A stretch of DNA of 64,000 bases, taken from the NCBI GenBank assembly GCA_965208675.1, contig OZ242351.1:4768001-4832000 (forward strand), read 5' to 3'. The notes beneath the pieces are model-generated. The model was not told the DNA's origin and did no database searches. It was given only the letters and a program-made list of their open reading frames with translations. Shown here piece by piece: positions 18,798-28,248 of the stretch (its first letter is position 1; every line of letters begins with the position of its first letter). The stretch is from Candidatus Poribacteria bacterium. GTDB taxonomy: Bacteria > Poribacteria > WGA-4E > PCPOR2b. Position numbers and translations under genes: made by a program.

Positions 18798-19796
18798 ATG
18801 AAGGCATTCGTCACTGGCAGCACGGGTTTCATTGGTAGCCACCTCGTCGAGTTTCTCGTCCGCCAAGGTATTCACGTAACCTGCCTAGTGCGAAAAACGA
18901 GCGATTTACGCTGGCTCAAACATCTGCTGAATGCGGATTCTGAACCGATTGAACTGGTTACAGCGGATATTGGCGATTATGATACTCTCGCCCAATTGGT
19001 CAAAGATACAAACCTTGTTTTCCATCTTGCAGGATTAACGAAGGCGCCTGACGCTGCGACTTACGATCGAGTCAATGTACAGGGAACCAAGAACCTAATC
19101 AAAGCCTGTTTACGAAAAAATTCCGACTTGGACCGGTTCGTATATTGCAGCAGCCTTGCGGCAATGGGACCGTGTTCTTCCGCGACACCAATGACTGAAG
19201 ACGCTTCTCCGCAACCTTTGACAGACTATGGTAGAAGCAAGCTAAAAGGCGAATATGTAACATACGAATATGCCAATCGATTGCCGATTACCATTATTCG
19301 CCCGCCCGCAGTCTATGGTCCACGGGATACTGATGTTTTTCTCTATTTTCAGTTCGTTGAAAGAGGGCTGATGCCAACCCTTGGCAATGAGGAAAGGCTC
19401 TTGAGTTTGGTTCATGTCAAGGACTTGGTAGCTGGAATCTACGCCGCCGCTGCCTCCAATCTTGCTATCGGAGAAGCTTATTTCCTCACGGATGGTGCTC
19501 TGCATTCATGGAATGATATCGGAAGTACAATTGCTTACGCGTTAAAAAAATGCCCTCTCAGACTTACCGTACCTTTCGTAATATTGGACATGATTGCGAT
19601 GTGTACTGAAATTGCAGCCAGAATAACTCGTCAGGCCCCGACCTTAAATCGACAAAAGATACGTGAACTCAAACAGCGATTTTGGATATGTGACAGTACA
19701 AAAGCGCAGCAACAGTTTGGTTTTGCCCCAGTGTATCCGCTTGAAAAGGGAATTCAGGAGACCGCAGAATGGTATCGCTTAAGTAATTGGCTTTAA
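18798..19796 (+). CDS. NAD-dependent epimerase/dehydratase (extended SDR)
   Basis: VTGSTGFIGSHL, FHLAG, SSLAA, YGRSK (YxxxK), RPPAVYGP, VHVKDL. Confidence 0.92.
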   Translation: MKAFVTGSTGFIGSHLVEFLVRQGIHVTCLVRKTSDLRWLKHLLNADSEPIELVTADIGDYDTLAQLVKDTNLVFHLAGLTKAPDAATYDRVNVQGTKNLIKACLRKNSDLDRFVYCSSLAAMGPCSSATPMTEDASPQPLTDYGRSKLKGEYVTYEYANRLPITIIRPPAVYGPRDTDVFLYFQFVERGLMPTLGNEERLLSLVHVKDLVAGIYAAAASNLAIGEAYFLTDGALHSWNDIGSTIAYALKKCPLRLTVPFVILDMIAMCTEIAARITRQAPTLNRQKIRELKQRFWICDSTKAQQQFGFAPVYPLEKGIQETAEWYRLSNWL

Positions 19797-19914
19797 ACTC
19801 AGGAGGGAGAGAAGATAATGGAATAGAGTACATTTGACAGGAAGATAAAGGCTGCATAGGTACATAAATTGATTTCGTATGAATATTTTCTACTCAAGAA
19901 CATGGAGGCGATTA

Positions 19915-20823
19915 ATGGGAATAACGATCCATCCAGAAAAGACAAAAATCGGCTGGGTTGGGACTGGGGTAATGGGACGCTGGATGTGCCAGCATATCAT
20001 TAATCTCGGATATTCTGCAACTGTCTACAGCCGGACGAAAGAAAAAGCACAACCGTTACTTGACAGCGGGGCAATTTGGGCAGATGACCCGAGTAAAGTT
20101 GCCGCAGCGTCCGATGTAATCTTCACAATTGTAGGGTTCCCGCCGGATGTGAGGGAAGTTTATCTTGGTGATAACGGCATCTTAAAGGGCGCAAAAGCGG
20201 GTAACATCATCGTTGACATGACGACGACGGAACCGTCACTTGCACAAGAAATATATGAACAAGCAAGTTCGCAGGGAATTTCGTCCGTTGATGCACCGGT
20301 CTCAGGAGGAGATGTCGGTGCGCGCGATGCGCGGCTTTCCATAATGGTGGGCGGGGATTCCGACGTTGTTGAAACCATCATGCCGCTTTTCGAAGCCATG
20401 GGAAAAAACATCGTGCATCAGGGTGCTGCGGGAGCCGGACAGCACACCAAGATGTGCAATCAGATTACAATTGCCGGAACAATGATTGGAGTCTGTGAAG
20501 GGTTGTTCTACGGATATAGGGCGGGTTTAGATTTGGAGACAATGCTCTCATCAATTAGCGGCGGTGCGGCAGCATGTTGGGCGTTGAGCAATCTTGCGCC
20601 CCGCATTCTTCAGCGTGATTTTGATCCGGGCTTTTTCGTTGAGCACTTCATTAAAGATATGGGGATCGCGCTTGATGAAGCCGAGAAGCTGAACATGAGT
20701 CTTCCCGGACTCGCGCTTGTACATCAGCTTTATCTCGCCGTTAAAGCCCAAGGTCATGGGCGCCTTGGCACGCAAGCACTCATGTTAGCTCTAGAGCAGA
20801 TGTCGAACGCGAAAGTTGATTAG
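19915..20823 (+). CDS. 3-hydroxyisobutyrate/2-hydroxy-3-oxopropionate-type NAD(P)-dependent oxidoreductase
   Basis: [44 protein letters not shown]; GGAGG RBS before ATG 19915. Confidence 0.92.
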   Translation: MGITIHPEKTKIGWVGTGVMGRWMCQHIINLGYSATVYSRTKEKAQPLLDSGAIWADDPSKVAAASDVIFTIVGFPPDVREVYLGDNGILKGAKAGNIIVDMTTTEPSLAQEIYEQASSQGISSVDAPVSGGDVGARDARLSIMVGGDSDVVETIMPLFEAMGKNIVHQGAAGAGQHTKMCNQITIAGTMIGVCEGLFYGYRAGLDLETMLSSISGGAAACWALSNLAPRILQRDFDPGFFVEHFIKDMGIALDEAEKLNMSLPGLALVHQLYLAVKAQGHGRLGTQALMLALEQMSNAKVD

Positions 20824-21119
20824 AAATTGCTAACGCTTCGTTTTCCCTGGTTTTTCGAACGCTACAATCTACGCACGCCGCCTCAGGTGTAAAGGGTGTT
20901 TTGAAATCGTCCCAATCAGGATTGGGATTGGTCAAATCCATCGAATGCCTACATGACCTATCGAACAACCGCGCCGCGTGAAGGAATACTTGGTAGAATC
21001 AGAATTTAATCTTAACCGAAAATATCAGTCTTTTCCGGCATGCACAGCGGTTTAAATGGGCGAATTGAAGCACAATTCGGAAACAATTCATTTTTTTCTG
21101 CGTTTTATGCAACAAATAC

Positions 21120-21149
21120 TTGACGATGCACCACTAACTATTGTATAAT
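21120..21149 (+). promoter_or_regulatory. Putative sigma70 promoter of rho
   Basis: TTGACG-18 nt-TATAAT. Confidence 0.6.
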
Positions 21150-21708
21150 AGCGCATTCATGACGGAAATTTCCCCCCAGTAATCACCTATTATCCACCGC
21201 ACAGATTTGCTTCGTCTGAACCTGCTTTGCTACTTCAAAGTAAATTTGAAGCCTCTTCTATTGGACTTTTTCAGTGATGGCGGAATCTGCGCCCTAAATT
21301 TCGGAAGTTTATGTCAGTGATTTAAGTCTCGACCGCCCAAATACCCTGCATAGCGTAGTAAAACCTATCCAATCCTTGAAAATATTAATTGAGCAATAAT
21401 CGGCAAGGGTTTTGTGAAAGACTTCTGGAATTGGATGGAAAATTCGCAAATTCTGCAATGTTTCCGAAGTGGTTTATGCCTTTGATTTAGAATCCAACCA
21501 AAAATAGTTTTGTGTCTTCATGCCCAATTATCCGATCTAATTCTTTTGCAATGGTTTGCCTTATCTTTGCGTTTCATCCAATGGGGTAAGTGGAAAATAG
21601 CATGTTAAAAATGCTTACTTTTCATCTTTGAAGTTGTGAAGCCGTGCGTAAGCTAACTATGAGCAACTTACTTTATGTGTCGGTTGTTAATGAGGAGTAA
21701 CTAATAAT

Positions 21709-23028
21709 ATGGAGAATGTGGACATTACTAAACTCCAAGAATCGACGATCTCCGAACTCAATGCTACGGCTGGGAAACTTGGCTTGAGCGGTTATAGCGG
21801 CCTCCGAAAACAAGATTTGATAACTCGGATTCTAGAGGCCAAAGCAGCGAGCAGTGGTTCGTTGTTTGGAGGAGGTATTCTTGAGATTTTAACGGATCGA
21901 GATCAAGGGTATGGATTCCTTCGTTCATCTCGATATAACTATTTGCAGAGCAATGATGACATTTATGTGTCTCCCTCTCAGATTCGAAAGTTTGGTCTGC
22001 GGACGGGACATGAGGTTCAGGGGCAAATCCGTCCGCCGAAAAAGGATGGCAACAAAGAAGAATATTACTTTGCGTTATTGAAGATTCAAGAAGTCAATGG
22101 TGAGAATCCTGAATTTGCAAAGGACAAAATTCTTTTTGATAATTTAACGCCTGTCTATCCCTATGAACAGTTAAAGCTTGAACATGATCCGCTCGAATTC
22201 TCGACGCGAATCGTCGATTTGATGTCGCCCATCGGCAAGGGTCAACGCGGTCTTATAATTGCACCTCCGTACAGCGGTAAAACCACGCTGTTGAAAAATA
22301 TTGCTAGCGGCATCACCGCGAATCATCCAGAGGTGATGCTGATTGTGCTATTGATTGATGAACGCCCGGAGGAAGTTACCGATGTTGCGCGTTCGGTTAA
22401 AGGAGAGGTCATCAGTTCGACTTTCGACGAGCATCCTGAGCGCCATGTGCAAGTTGCAGAAATTGTTATTGAAAAGGCTCAAAGGTCGGTGGAATTTGGC
22501 AAAGATGTAGTGATTTTGTTGGATAGCATGACGCGGCTGGCGCGTGCATATAATGTTGTAGCGCCCCACAGCGGCAAAACGTTAACAGGCGGATTGGATG
22601 CACTTGCTTTCATTAAACCTCGAAAACTATTTGGTGCTGGACGGAAGATTGAAGAAGGGGGTAGCTTGACCATTATGTCCACGGCCCTGATTGATACGGA
22701 AAGCCGTGCTGACGAACACATTTATGAAGAATTCAAAGGTACGGCAAACATGGAAATACACTTAGAACGATCGCTGTTAGATCGACGAATTTTTCCATCA
22801 ATTAACATCAACAAATCGAAGACGCGACGAGAAGAGCTATTACTTAAACCAGAAGTACTTAGCAAAGTATGGCTTTTGCGAAAGTTCATGGGCCAGATGA
22901 GCACCGCTGAATCAATGGAACTCTTTGTGGAACAGCTAGGCAAAACAGATTCCAATGAGGCGTTTTTGGAGATGATGGTTGATAACAAGCCGAAAAACCC
23001 ACCTTCGCGAGGGCGTTACCAATGGTAG
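21709..23028 (+). CDS. rho: Transcription termination factor Rho
   Basis: GYGFLRS, DIYVSPSQIRKFGLRTG, PIGKGQRGLI, Walker A APPYSGKT, DERPEEVTD, LLDSMTRLARAYN, EEFKGTANME. Confidence 0.98.
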   Translation: MENVDITKLQESTISELNATAGKLGLSGYSGLRKQDLITRILEAKAASSGSLFGGGILEILTDRDQGYGFLRSSRYNYLQSNDDIYVSPSQIRKFGLRTGHEVQGQIRPPKKDGNKEEYYFALLKIQEVNGENPEFAKDKILFDNLTPVYPYEQLKLEHDPLEFSTRIVDLMSPIGKGQRGLIIAPPYSGKTTLLKNIASGITANHPEVMLIVLLIDERPEEVTDVARSVKGEVISSTFDEHPERHVQVAEIVIEKAQRSVEFGKDVVILLDSMTRLARAYNVVAPHSGKTLTGGLDALAFIKPRKLFGAGRKIEEGGSLTIMSTALIDTESRADEHIYEEFKGTANMEIHLERSLLDRRIFPSININKSKTRREELLLKPEVLSKVWLLRKFMGQMSTAESMELFVEQLGKTDSNEAFLEMMVDNKPKNPPSRGRYQW

Positions 23029-23073
23029 TTCATTTTGTAGTCAATTTTCTAGTTTTTGGGGGAGAATATCAAC

Positions 23074-23292
23074 GTGAAAACAGAAATTCATCCGCAGACG
23101 ATGAAGTGTGTCATCAATTGCGTTTGCGGCGCAACATTTGAAACTACTTCGACCAAGCCTCAGATACGAATTGAAGTTTGTGCGAAATGCCATCCCTATT
23201 ACACCGGACAGCAGACAATGATTGATACGGCTGGCCGCGTGGAAAACTTCCGGCGAAAATACGGGATTTCCGCGGAAACCGAGGATGACTAA
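23074..23292 (+). CDS. rpmE: 50S ribosomal protein L31 (Zn-binding type)
   Basis: GTG start after GGAG; KTEIHP, CVCG, CAKCHPYYTG, DTAGRVENF. Confidence 0.95.
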   Translation: MKTEIHPQTMKCVINCVCGATFETTSTKPQIRIEVCAKCHPYYTGQQTMIDTAGRVENFRRKYGISAETEDD

Positions 23293-23499
23293 CGCAGTAA
23301 ATTATTAAATTATATCGACCATGCAATTTAACACCGTGAATTGCCGGGGGCAAGCGTCCATCTTAAAGCGATGATGCATGCCCCCATTTGTTAGGAGTAA
23401 TCTGTATTGCGTAATGGATTAATGAGAAGATTAATGTGTTCCAAGATATATGCAACACCGCCATCGTGAAATATTCACTCTCACCATTGTATTTGCCAA

Positions 23500-24564
23500 A
23501 TGTTAGAAAAGCTAAAAGATTTTGAATCCAAATATCAAGATATTGAAAAGGCATTAGCTGATCCGGGACAAATAGCTAATCACCAAAGGTTGCAGCAGCT
23601 CAGCAAGGCGCACGCGGAGTTAGCGCCGATTGTCTCCGCCTATAAAGAATACCAAATAACAGAGAAAGATATTCAGAACACATTGTCGCTCATTGAGCAA
23701 GAAACCGAAGAAGAATTTATCGAGTTTGCCAAGAGTGAACTCGATTCTCTGAATAGTCAGAAAGCTCGTTTAGAAGCCCAACTCAGAATTCTAATGCTTC
23801 CCAAAGATCCAAACGATGAAAAAAATGTAATCATGGAGATTCGTGCAGGCACGGGCGGTGAGGAAGCGAGCTTGTTTGCAGCCGAACTCTTCAGAATGTA
23901 TGCAAGATATGCTGAAAATCAGGGTTGTAAAATAGATTTGCTTAGTTCGCACAACACCGGATTGAAAGGATTTAAGGAGGTTATTTTCACAGCACAAGGA
24001 CGAGGTGCTTACAGTAAACTCAAATACGAGGGAGGAATCCATCGGGTGCAACGTATTCCTGCGACGGAGGCGAGCGGCCGCATCCATACGTCGGCTGTTA
24101 CCGTTGCGGTATTGCCAGAAGCTGAAGATGTTGATTTGAGCATCAGTTCGGAAGACTTGCAGGTCGATGTGTACCGATCGTCGGGTCCAGGCGGCCAGAG
24201 CGTAAATACAACCGATTCCGCAGTACGCATTACTCACTTGCCGTCCGGACTTGTTGTCACTTGCCAGGATGAAAAGTCACAGCACAAAAATAAGGCAAAG
24301 GCAATGAAAATATTGCGTTCGCGACTGTTGGAGAAGATGCAGTCTGAACAGGAGGCGGAACGCGCGCAAACACGGAAATCGATGGTCGGCAGTGGGGATC
24401 GAAGCGAAAAAATACGTACCTATAATTATTCCCAGAACCGCGTAACAGACCATCGAATTGGACTGAGTGTTTATCAACTGGATTCGGTTTTAGATGGAGA
24501 ACTAAATCCTTTTATTGATGCATTGATAGCTGCAGATCAGGCAGAGAGGTTAAAGCATTTGTAG
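23500..24564 (+). CDS. prfA: Peptide chain release factor 1
   Basis: EIRAGTGGEEA, HRVQRIPATE (PxT), SGPGGQSVN, GDRSEKIRTYN. Confidence 0.98.
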   Translation: MLEKLKDFESKYQDIEKALADPGQIANHQRLQQLSKAHAELAPIVSAYKEYQITEKDIQNTLSLIEQETEEEFIEFAKSELDSLNSQKARLEAQLRILMLPKDPNDEKNVIMEIRAGTGGEEASLFAAELFRMYARYAENQGCKIDLLSSHNTGLKGFKEVIFTAQGRGAYSKLKYEGGIHRVQRIPATEASGRIHTSAVTVAVLPEAEDVDLSISSEDLQVDVYRSSGPGGQSVNTTDSAVRITHLPSGLVVTCQDEKSQHKNKAKAMKILRSRLLEKMQSEQEAERAQTRKSMVGSGDRSEKIRTYNYSQNRVTDHRIGLSVYQLDSVLDGELNPFIDALIAADQAERLKHL

Positions 24565-24566
24565 CT

Positions 24567-25424
24567 GTGAAAACCTGGCGGGTCATCGACCTAATTGAAT
24601 GGACAACCAAATACTTTAAGCATCAGAATATTCCCAACTCTCGGCTAGATGCCGAACTCCTACTAGGGCACGTCCTAGAAAAGAGCAGATTACAGCTTTA
24701 CTTGAGTTTTGACATGCCCGTATTTGAAGAGAGGTTATCGGAATTCCGAGGATTAATCAAACGGCGGGCGGCGCATACGCCGGTGAGCTACCTCACGAAC
24801 GAGAAGGAATTCATGTCTTTAGCCTTTTATGTCGATTCTCGAGTGCTAATCCCCCGTCCTGAAACAGAAATTCTAGTCGAAACGATTTTGCGACAACAGC
24901 GTGGAAAATGTCGGGTCATTGACATGGGTACGGGCAGTGGAGCCATCGCGGTCAGTCTAGCTTTCCACCACCCCGATTGGGAAATTGTGGCGACCGATAT
25001 GTTTGCGGACGCACTCGACGTTGCTCGAAAAAACGCGTGCATCCATGGCTGCACTGAGCGCATTGCCTTCTTACACGGCGATCTTTTTGCCCCTGTAGAA
25101 CCGTTAGATAATTGTCGTTTTGACTGGATCGCGTCCAACCCCCCGTACATCAGCGCGATAGATTTTCCGACGCTCCCTCCTGAAATACGCGATTATGAAC
25201 CAAAACCTGCGCTTACGGCCGGATGCGATGGACTCAGCATCATTCGCCGGATAATAGCCGGCGCACCGCAGTTTTTGAATCCCAACGGCCGGCTAATCTT
25301 GGAAATTGGCGATAATCAAAGCGGCCAAGTTCAAAATCTTGTCCATTCGAATCCGGCGTATAATGAGTGTCAAATGATAGTAGACTATTCAGGTCGAGAA
25401 CGTATAATTGTTGCTAGTCTCTGA
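24567..25424 (+). CDS. prmC: Release factor glutamine methyltransferase
   Basis: RLDAELLL, VLIPRPETEILVE, DMGTGSGAIA, SNPPY; directly after prfA. Confidence 0.96.
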   Translation: MKTWRVIDLIEWTTKYFKHQNIPNSRLDAELLLGHVLEKSRLQLYLSFDMPVFEERLSEFRGLIKRRAAHTPVSYLTNEKEFMSLAFYVDSRVLIPRPETEILVETILRQQRGKCRVIDMGTGSGAIAVSLAFHHPDWEIVATDMFADALDVARKNACIHGCTERIAFLHGDLFAPVEPLDNCRFDWIASNPPYISAIDFPTLPPEIRDYEPKPALTAGCDGLSIIRRIIAGAPQFLNPNGRLILEIGDNQSGQVQNLVHSNPAYNECQMIVDYSGRERIIVASL

Positions 25425-25637
25425 AAAAAACGCCATGCCCGACGGCCGCCGTATTGCCCGTTTTAAATTTTAAATCATGGCGATAGCACGCATTTGGGTG
25501 GGATTCAAAAAATGACAACTCTACTTTGGCGGATATTTGACATCGTTGACATACGGGATTTCACCAATGAGTACCGGTGTGCTTTAACCAATGCCGCCGG
25601 AATCATCAAGGATTAACTTTACGGTCCAAAGGCACTG

Positions 25638-27542
25638 ATGCAAGTATCCACTCGGACTTTTCAGTTAAATTCTGCTGGTTGCGTCCAAATACTGATTTTA
25701 ATTGTTATTTTAGTTTGCGGCGGAGCTATCTTCGCTCAAACCCCCTCCGAAAGTCCCAAAGGTAATCACCACAAGCCAGTTATGTTCAAGGATGTTACCG
25801 CCATAGCAGGCATTCACTTCGTCCACTCGCACGGCACCCGATCATTAGATGAAACGTCCCACGGATTATATCCGGAAGATGTAGGTTCAGGAGCGTCCTT
25901 TGCTGACTACGATAATGATGGCGATCTGGATCTTTACATCGTCAATAACCCCGGCCCCTTCAACACTGAGATTACAAAATTTTCTCCAGGGAATGTTCTC
26001 TATCGCAACAACGGGGATGGTACGTTTTCCGATGTTACTACGGCGGCCGGAGTTGGCGATCAGAGCTTCGGAATGGGGGTCGTCTCTGGAGATTACGATA
26101 ACGATGGAGATTTGGATTTCTACATCACTAACTACGGTCCAAACATTCTGTACCGGAACGATGGAAATGGCGCGTTTGCCGATGTGACTACAGCGGCTGG
26201 TGTTGGGGATTCACGATGGAGTACCGGCGCAACTTTCGGAGATTATGATAACGACGGCGATTTGGATCTCTATGTGCCTAACTATCTGGACTACGATCTC
26301 AGCAAACTAGAAGCGGCGAAGCAAAAATCACTTCAATATGGGCAATATGTTCCAAGCGCGTTAAACCCAGTTGTCTTCAATCCTCAAGATAATGTACTTT
26401 ACCGAAACAACGGCGACGGCACGTTTACGGATGTAACCCGCGAGTTGGGCGTCGAAGCTCATGGCGGACGGAGTTTTCAAGCTCTCTTTACCGACTTAGA
26501 TTTGGATGGCGATATAGATTTATACATTGCAAACGATTTGTCAGCCAACACTTTGTATCGAAACGACGGGAATGGAACTTTCACAGATGTAAGCCACCAA
26601 TCATGGGCGGCAGATGTACGCGGTTCAATGGGGTTGGCAGCAGGAGATTACGACAACGACGGCGATTTAGATCTCTTTATGAGCCATTGGATGGATCAGG
26701 AAAACGCAATTTACAGGAATCTGTGGCGGGAGGAAGGCGAAATCAGCCGGACCTCGTCTTCACAGTTAATCCCGGTTCCTGACTCAGGGCGGATGTCCAA
26801 GGATACTAATCCACCAGATTGGAAAGAAGAGGGAAAGTCTCAATTGGGAAGGGATTTCTTACCTTCTGTTTCCGATGGACAGAGCACAAGGACTATTCGC
26901 TTCGTTGATGAAGCGTATAGCGCATCGCTGGGTGAGGAGAGTCTCGATTACGTCGGTTGGGGAACAGATTTATTTGATTACGATCTTGACGGCTATCTTG
27001 ACATTTTCGTCGTCAATGGACACACCTTCCCATATCTGAATCAGCGTGAGAGGCTAATTCCACAAGAAGACCAACTCTTTCGCAACCATGGAGATGGCGT
27101 TTTTGCTGATGTGACCGAGAGCGCAGGCATCACCAGCGTGCCGCGGCAGGTAGGTCGCGGCGCAGCCTTTGGCGATTACGATAACGATGGGGATGTTGAT
27201 GTCTTCATTGTTAACAATCATGATCTAGGGGTTTTATTGCGGAATGAGGGCGGAAATCGAAATAACTGGCTGCATGTTAAACTGGTCGGCACATCCGGGA
27301 ACCGTGATGCCATCGGAGCAAAAATCTGGATGAAGACTAGTGATTTAACGCAGTTCCGCGAAATCCATGCCGGTTCCAGTTTCCTATCGTGCAACAGCTT
27401 AACTGCGGAGTTGGGGTTAGGTTCGAGAAAAATAATCGATTCGCTTGAGGTAGCCTGGTTGAACGGTACGACAGCAAAATTCAGAAATATCAAGGCAAAT
27501 CAGCGGCTCATAATCGTCGAGGGAGAAGCCGCTACGCATTGA
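25638..27542 (+). CDS. Secreted FG-GAP repeat / ASPIC-UnbV (CRTAC1-like) protein
   Basis: Signal peptide; repeated DYDNDGDLDLY and LYRNNGDGTFxDVT; C-terminal NRDAIGA...SFLSCN...GLG...ANQ. Confidence 0.92.
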   Translation: MQVSTRTFQLNSAGCVQILILIVILVCGGAIFAQTPSESPKGNHHKPVMFKDVTAIAGIHFVHSHGTRSLDETSHGLYPEDVGSGASFADYDNDGDLDLYIVNNPGPFNTEITKFSPGNVLYRNNGDGTFSDVTTAAGVGDQSFGMGVVSGDYDNDGDLDFYITNYGPNILYRNDGNGAFADVTTAAGVGDSRWSTGATFGDYDNDGDLDLYVPNYLDYDLSKLEAAKQKSLQYGQYVPSALNPVVFNPQDNVLYRNNGDGTFTDVTRELGVEAHGGRSFQALFTDLDLDGDIDLYIANDLSANTLYRNDGNGTFTDVSHQSWAADVRGSMGLAAGDYDNDGDLDLFMSHWMDQENAIYRNLWREEGEISRTSSSQLIPVPDSGRMSKDTNPPDWKEEGKSQLGRDFLPSVSDGQSTRTIRFVDEAYSASLGEESLDYVGWGTDLFDYDLDGYLDIFVVNGHTFPYLNQRERLIPQEDQLFRNHGDGVFADVTESAGITSVPRQVGRGAAFGDYDNDGDVDVFIVNNHDLGVLLRNEGGNRNNWLHVKLVGTSGNRDAIGAKIWMKTSDLTQFREIHAGSSFLSCNSLTAELGLGSRKIIDSLEVAWLNGTTAKFRNIKANQRLIIVEGEAATH

Positions 27543-28192
27543 GAATTCATCAAGGAATCTAACGAAAAGACGAGCTACATTGGATTTAAGGGAGATGTGA
27601 CACCAGTCGAAATCAAAGTTATGCTTGGGGGTAGCATGATAACGTTAAGGACGCGGTTTATCAGAAATTTAATGTGATTTTGAATACCAACAAATACCTC
27701 CCAACCTACCAATCTTTGATCCAAATTCCCACATCTGAATATTCCTTTAGCTACCAATCCGGCCAAATGTGCAATTTCACGAGGCGGATAAACCTGTATT
27801 CTAGACTATTAGAATGAGTCCATCAATATTGCCGGCGTGTTGGGCGCACTAGTTGGCGTGGGATTGCTCTGTAAGGAAGCTGAAGATTAGCTTACACACG
27901 CATTACCGAAGAGTATAGCGGCTCCAGTATTGTTCTCTTCGCGATCCGCATGGAGAAGTCAGGAATTTTTTACTAGCCGAAATCCGGTCTCCATCCATCA
28001 AGAATTATTGTCTCGCCTCATTTGCATTGTCAATTGGCTTTGAAAAGACTCCGAGAAGGCAGTCATTCAATCCGGGCACAATTCTGTCCAGTCCATTAAG
28101 CATAACACATTTTGTTCGTAAGTCCTGACTGAGTGTGGTAGTCTACAAATCGAGGTGCAATCGAAATGAAAAATAGTGCCTCAGTATTTGAG

Positions 28193-28222
28193 TTGACGGG
28201 CTTTCAATGAGTAAGTTATAAT
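28193..28222 (+). promoter_or_regulatory. Putative sigma70 promoter of the vWA-DUF4159-DUF4175 operon
   Basis: TTGACG-18 nt-TATAAT, 27 nt upstream of the ATG. Confidence 0.55.
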
Positions 28223-28248
28223 TCATCAACGCTTGTAGAAAAGGGAGT

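Noticed and set aside
25880-27210. Recurrent GATTACGATAACGATGG-like repeats as a CRISPR or tandem array
   Set aside because: They encode FG-GAP DYDNDGD motifs in frame, are degenerate and irregularly spaced; no cas genes.
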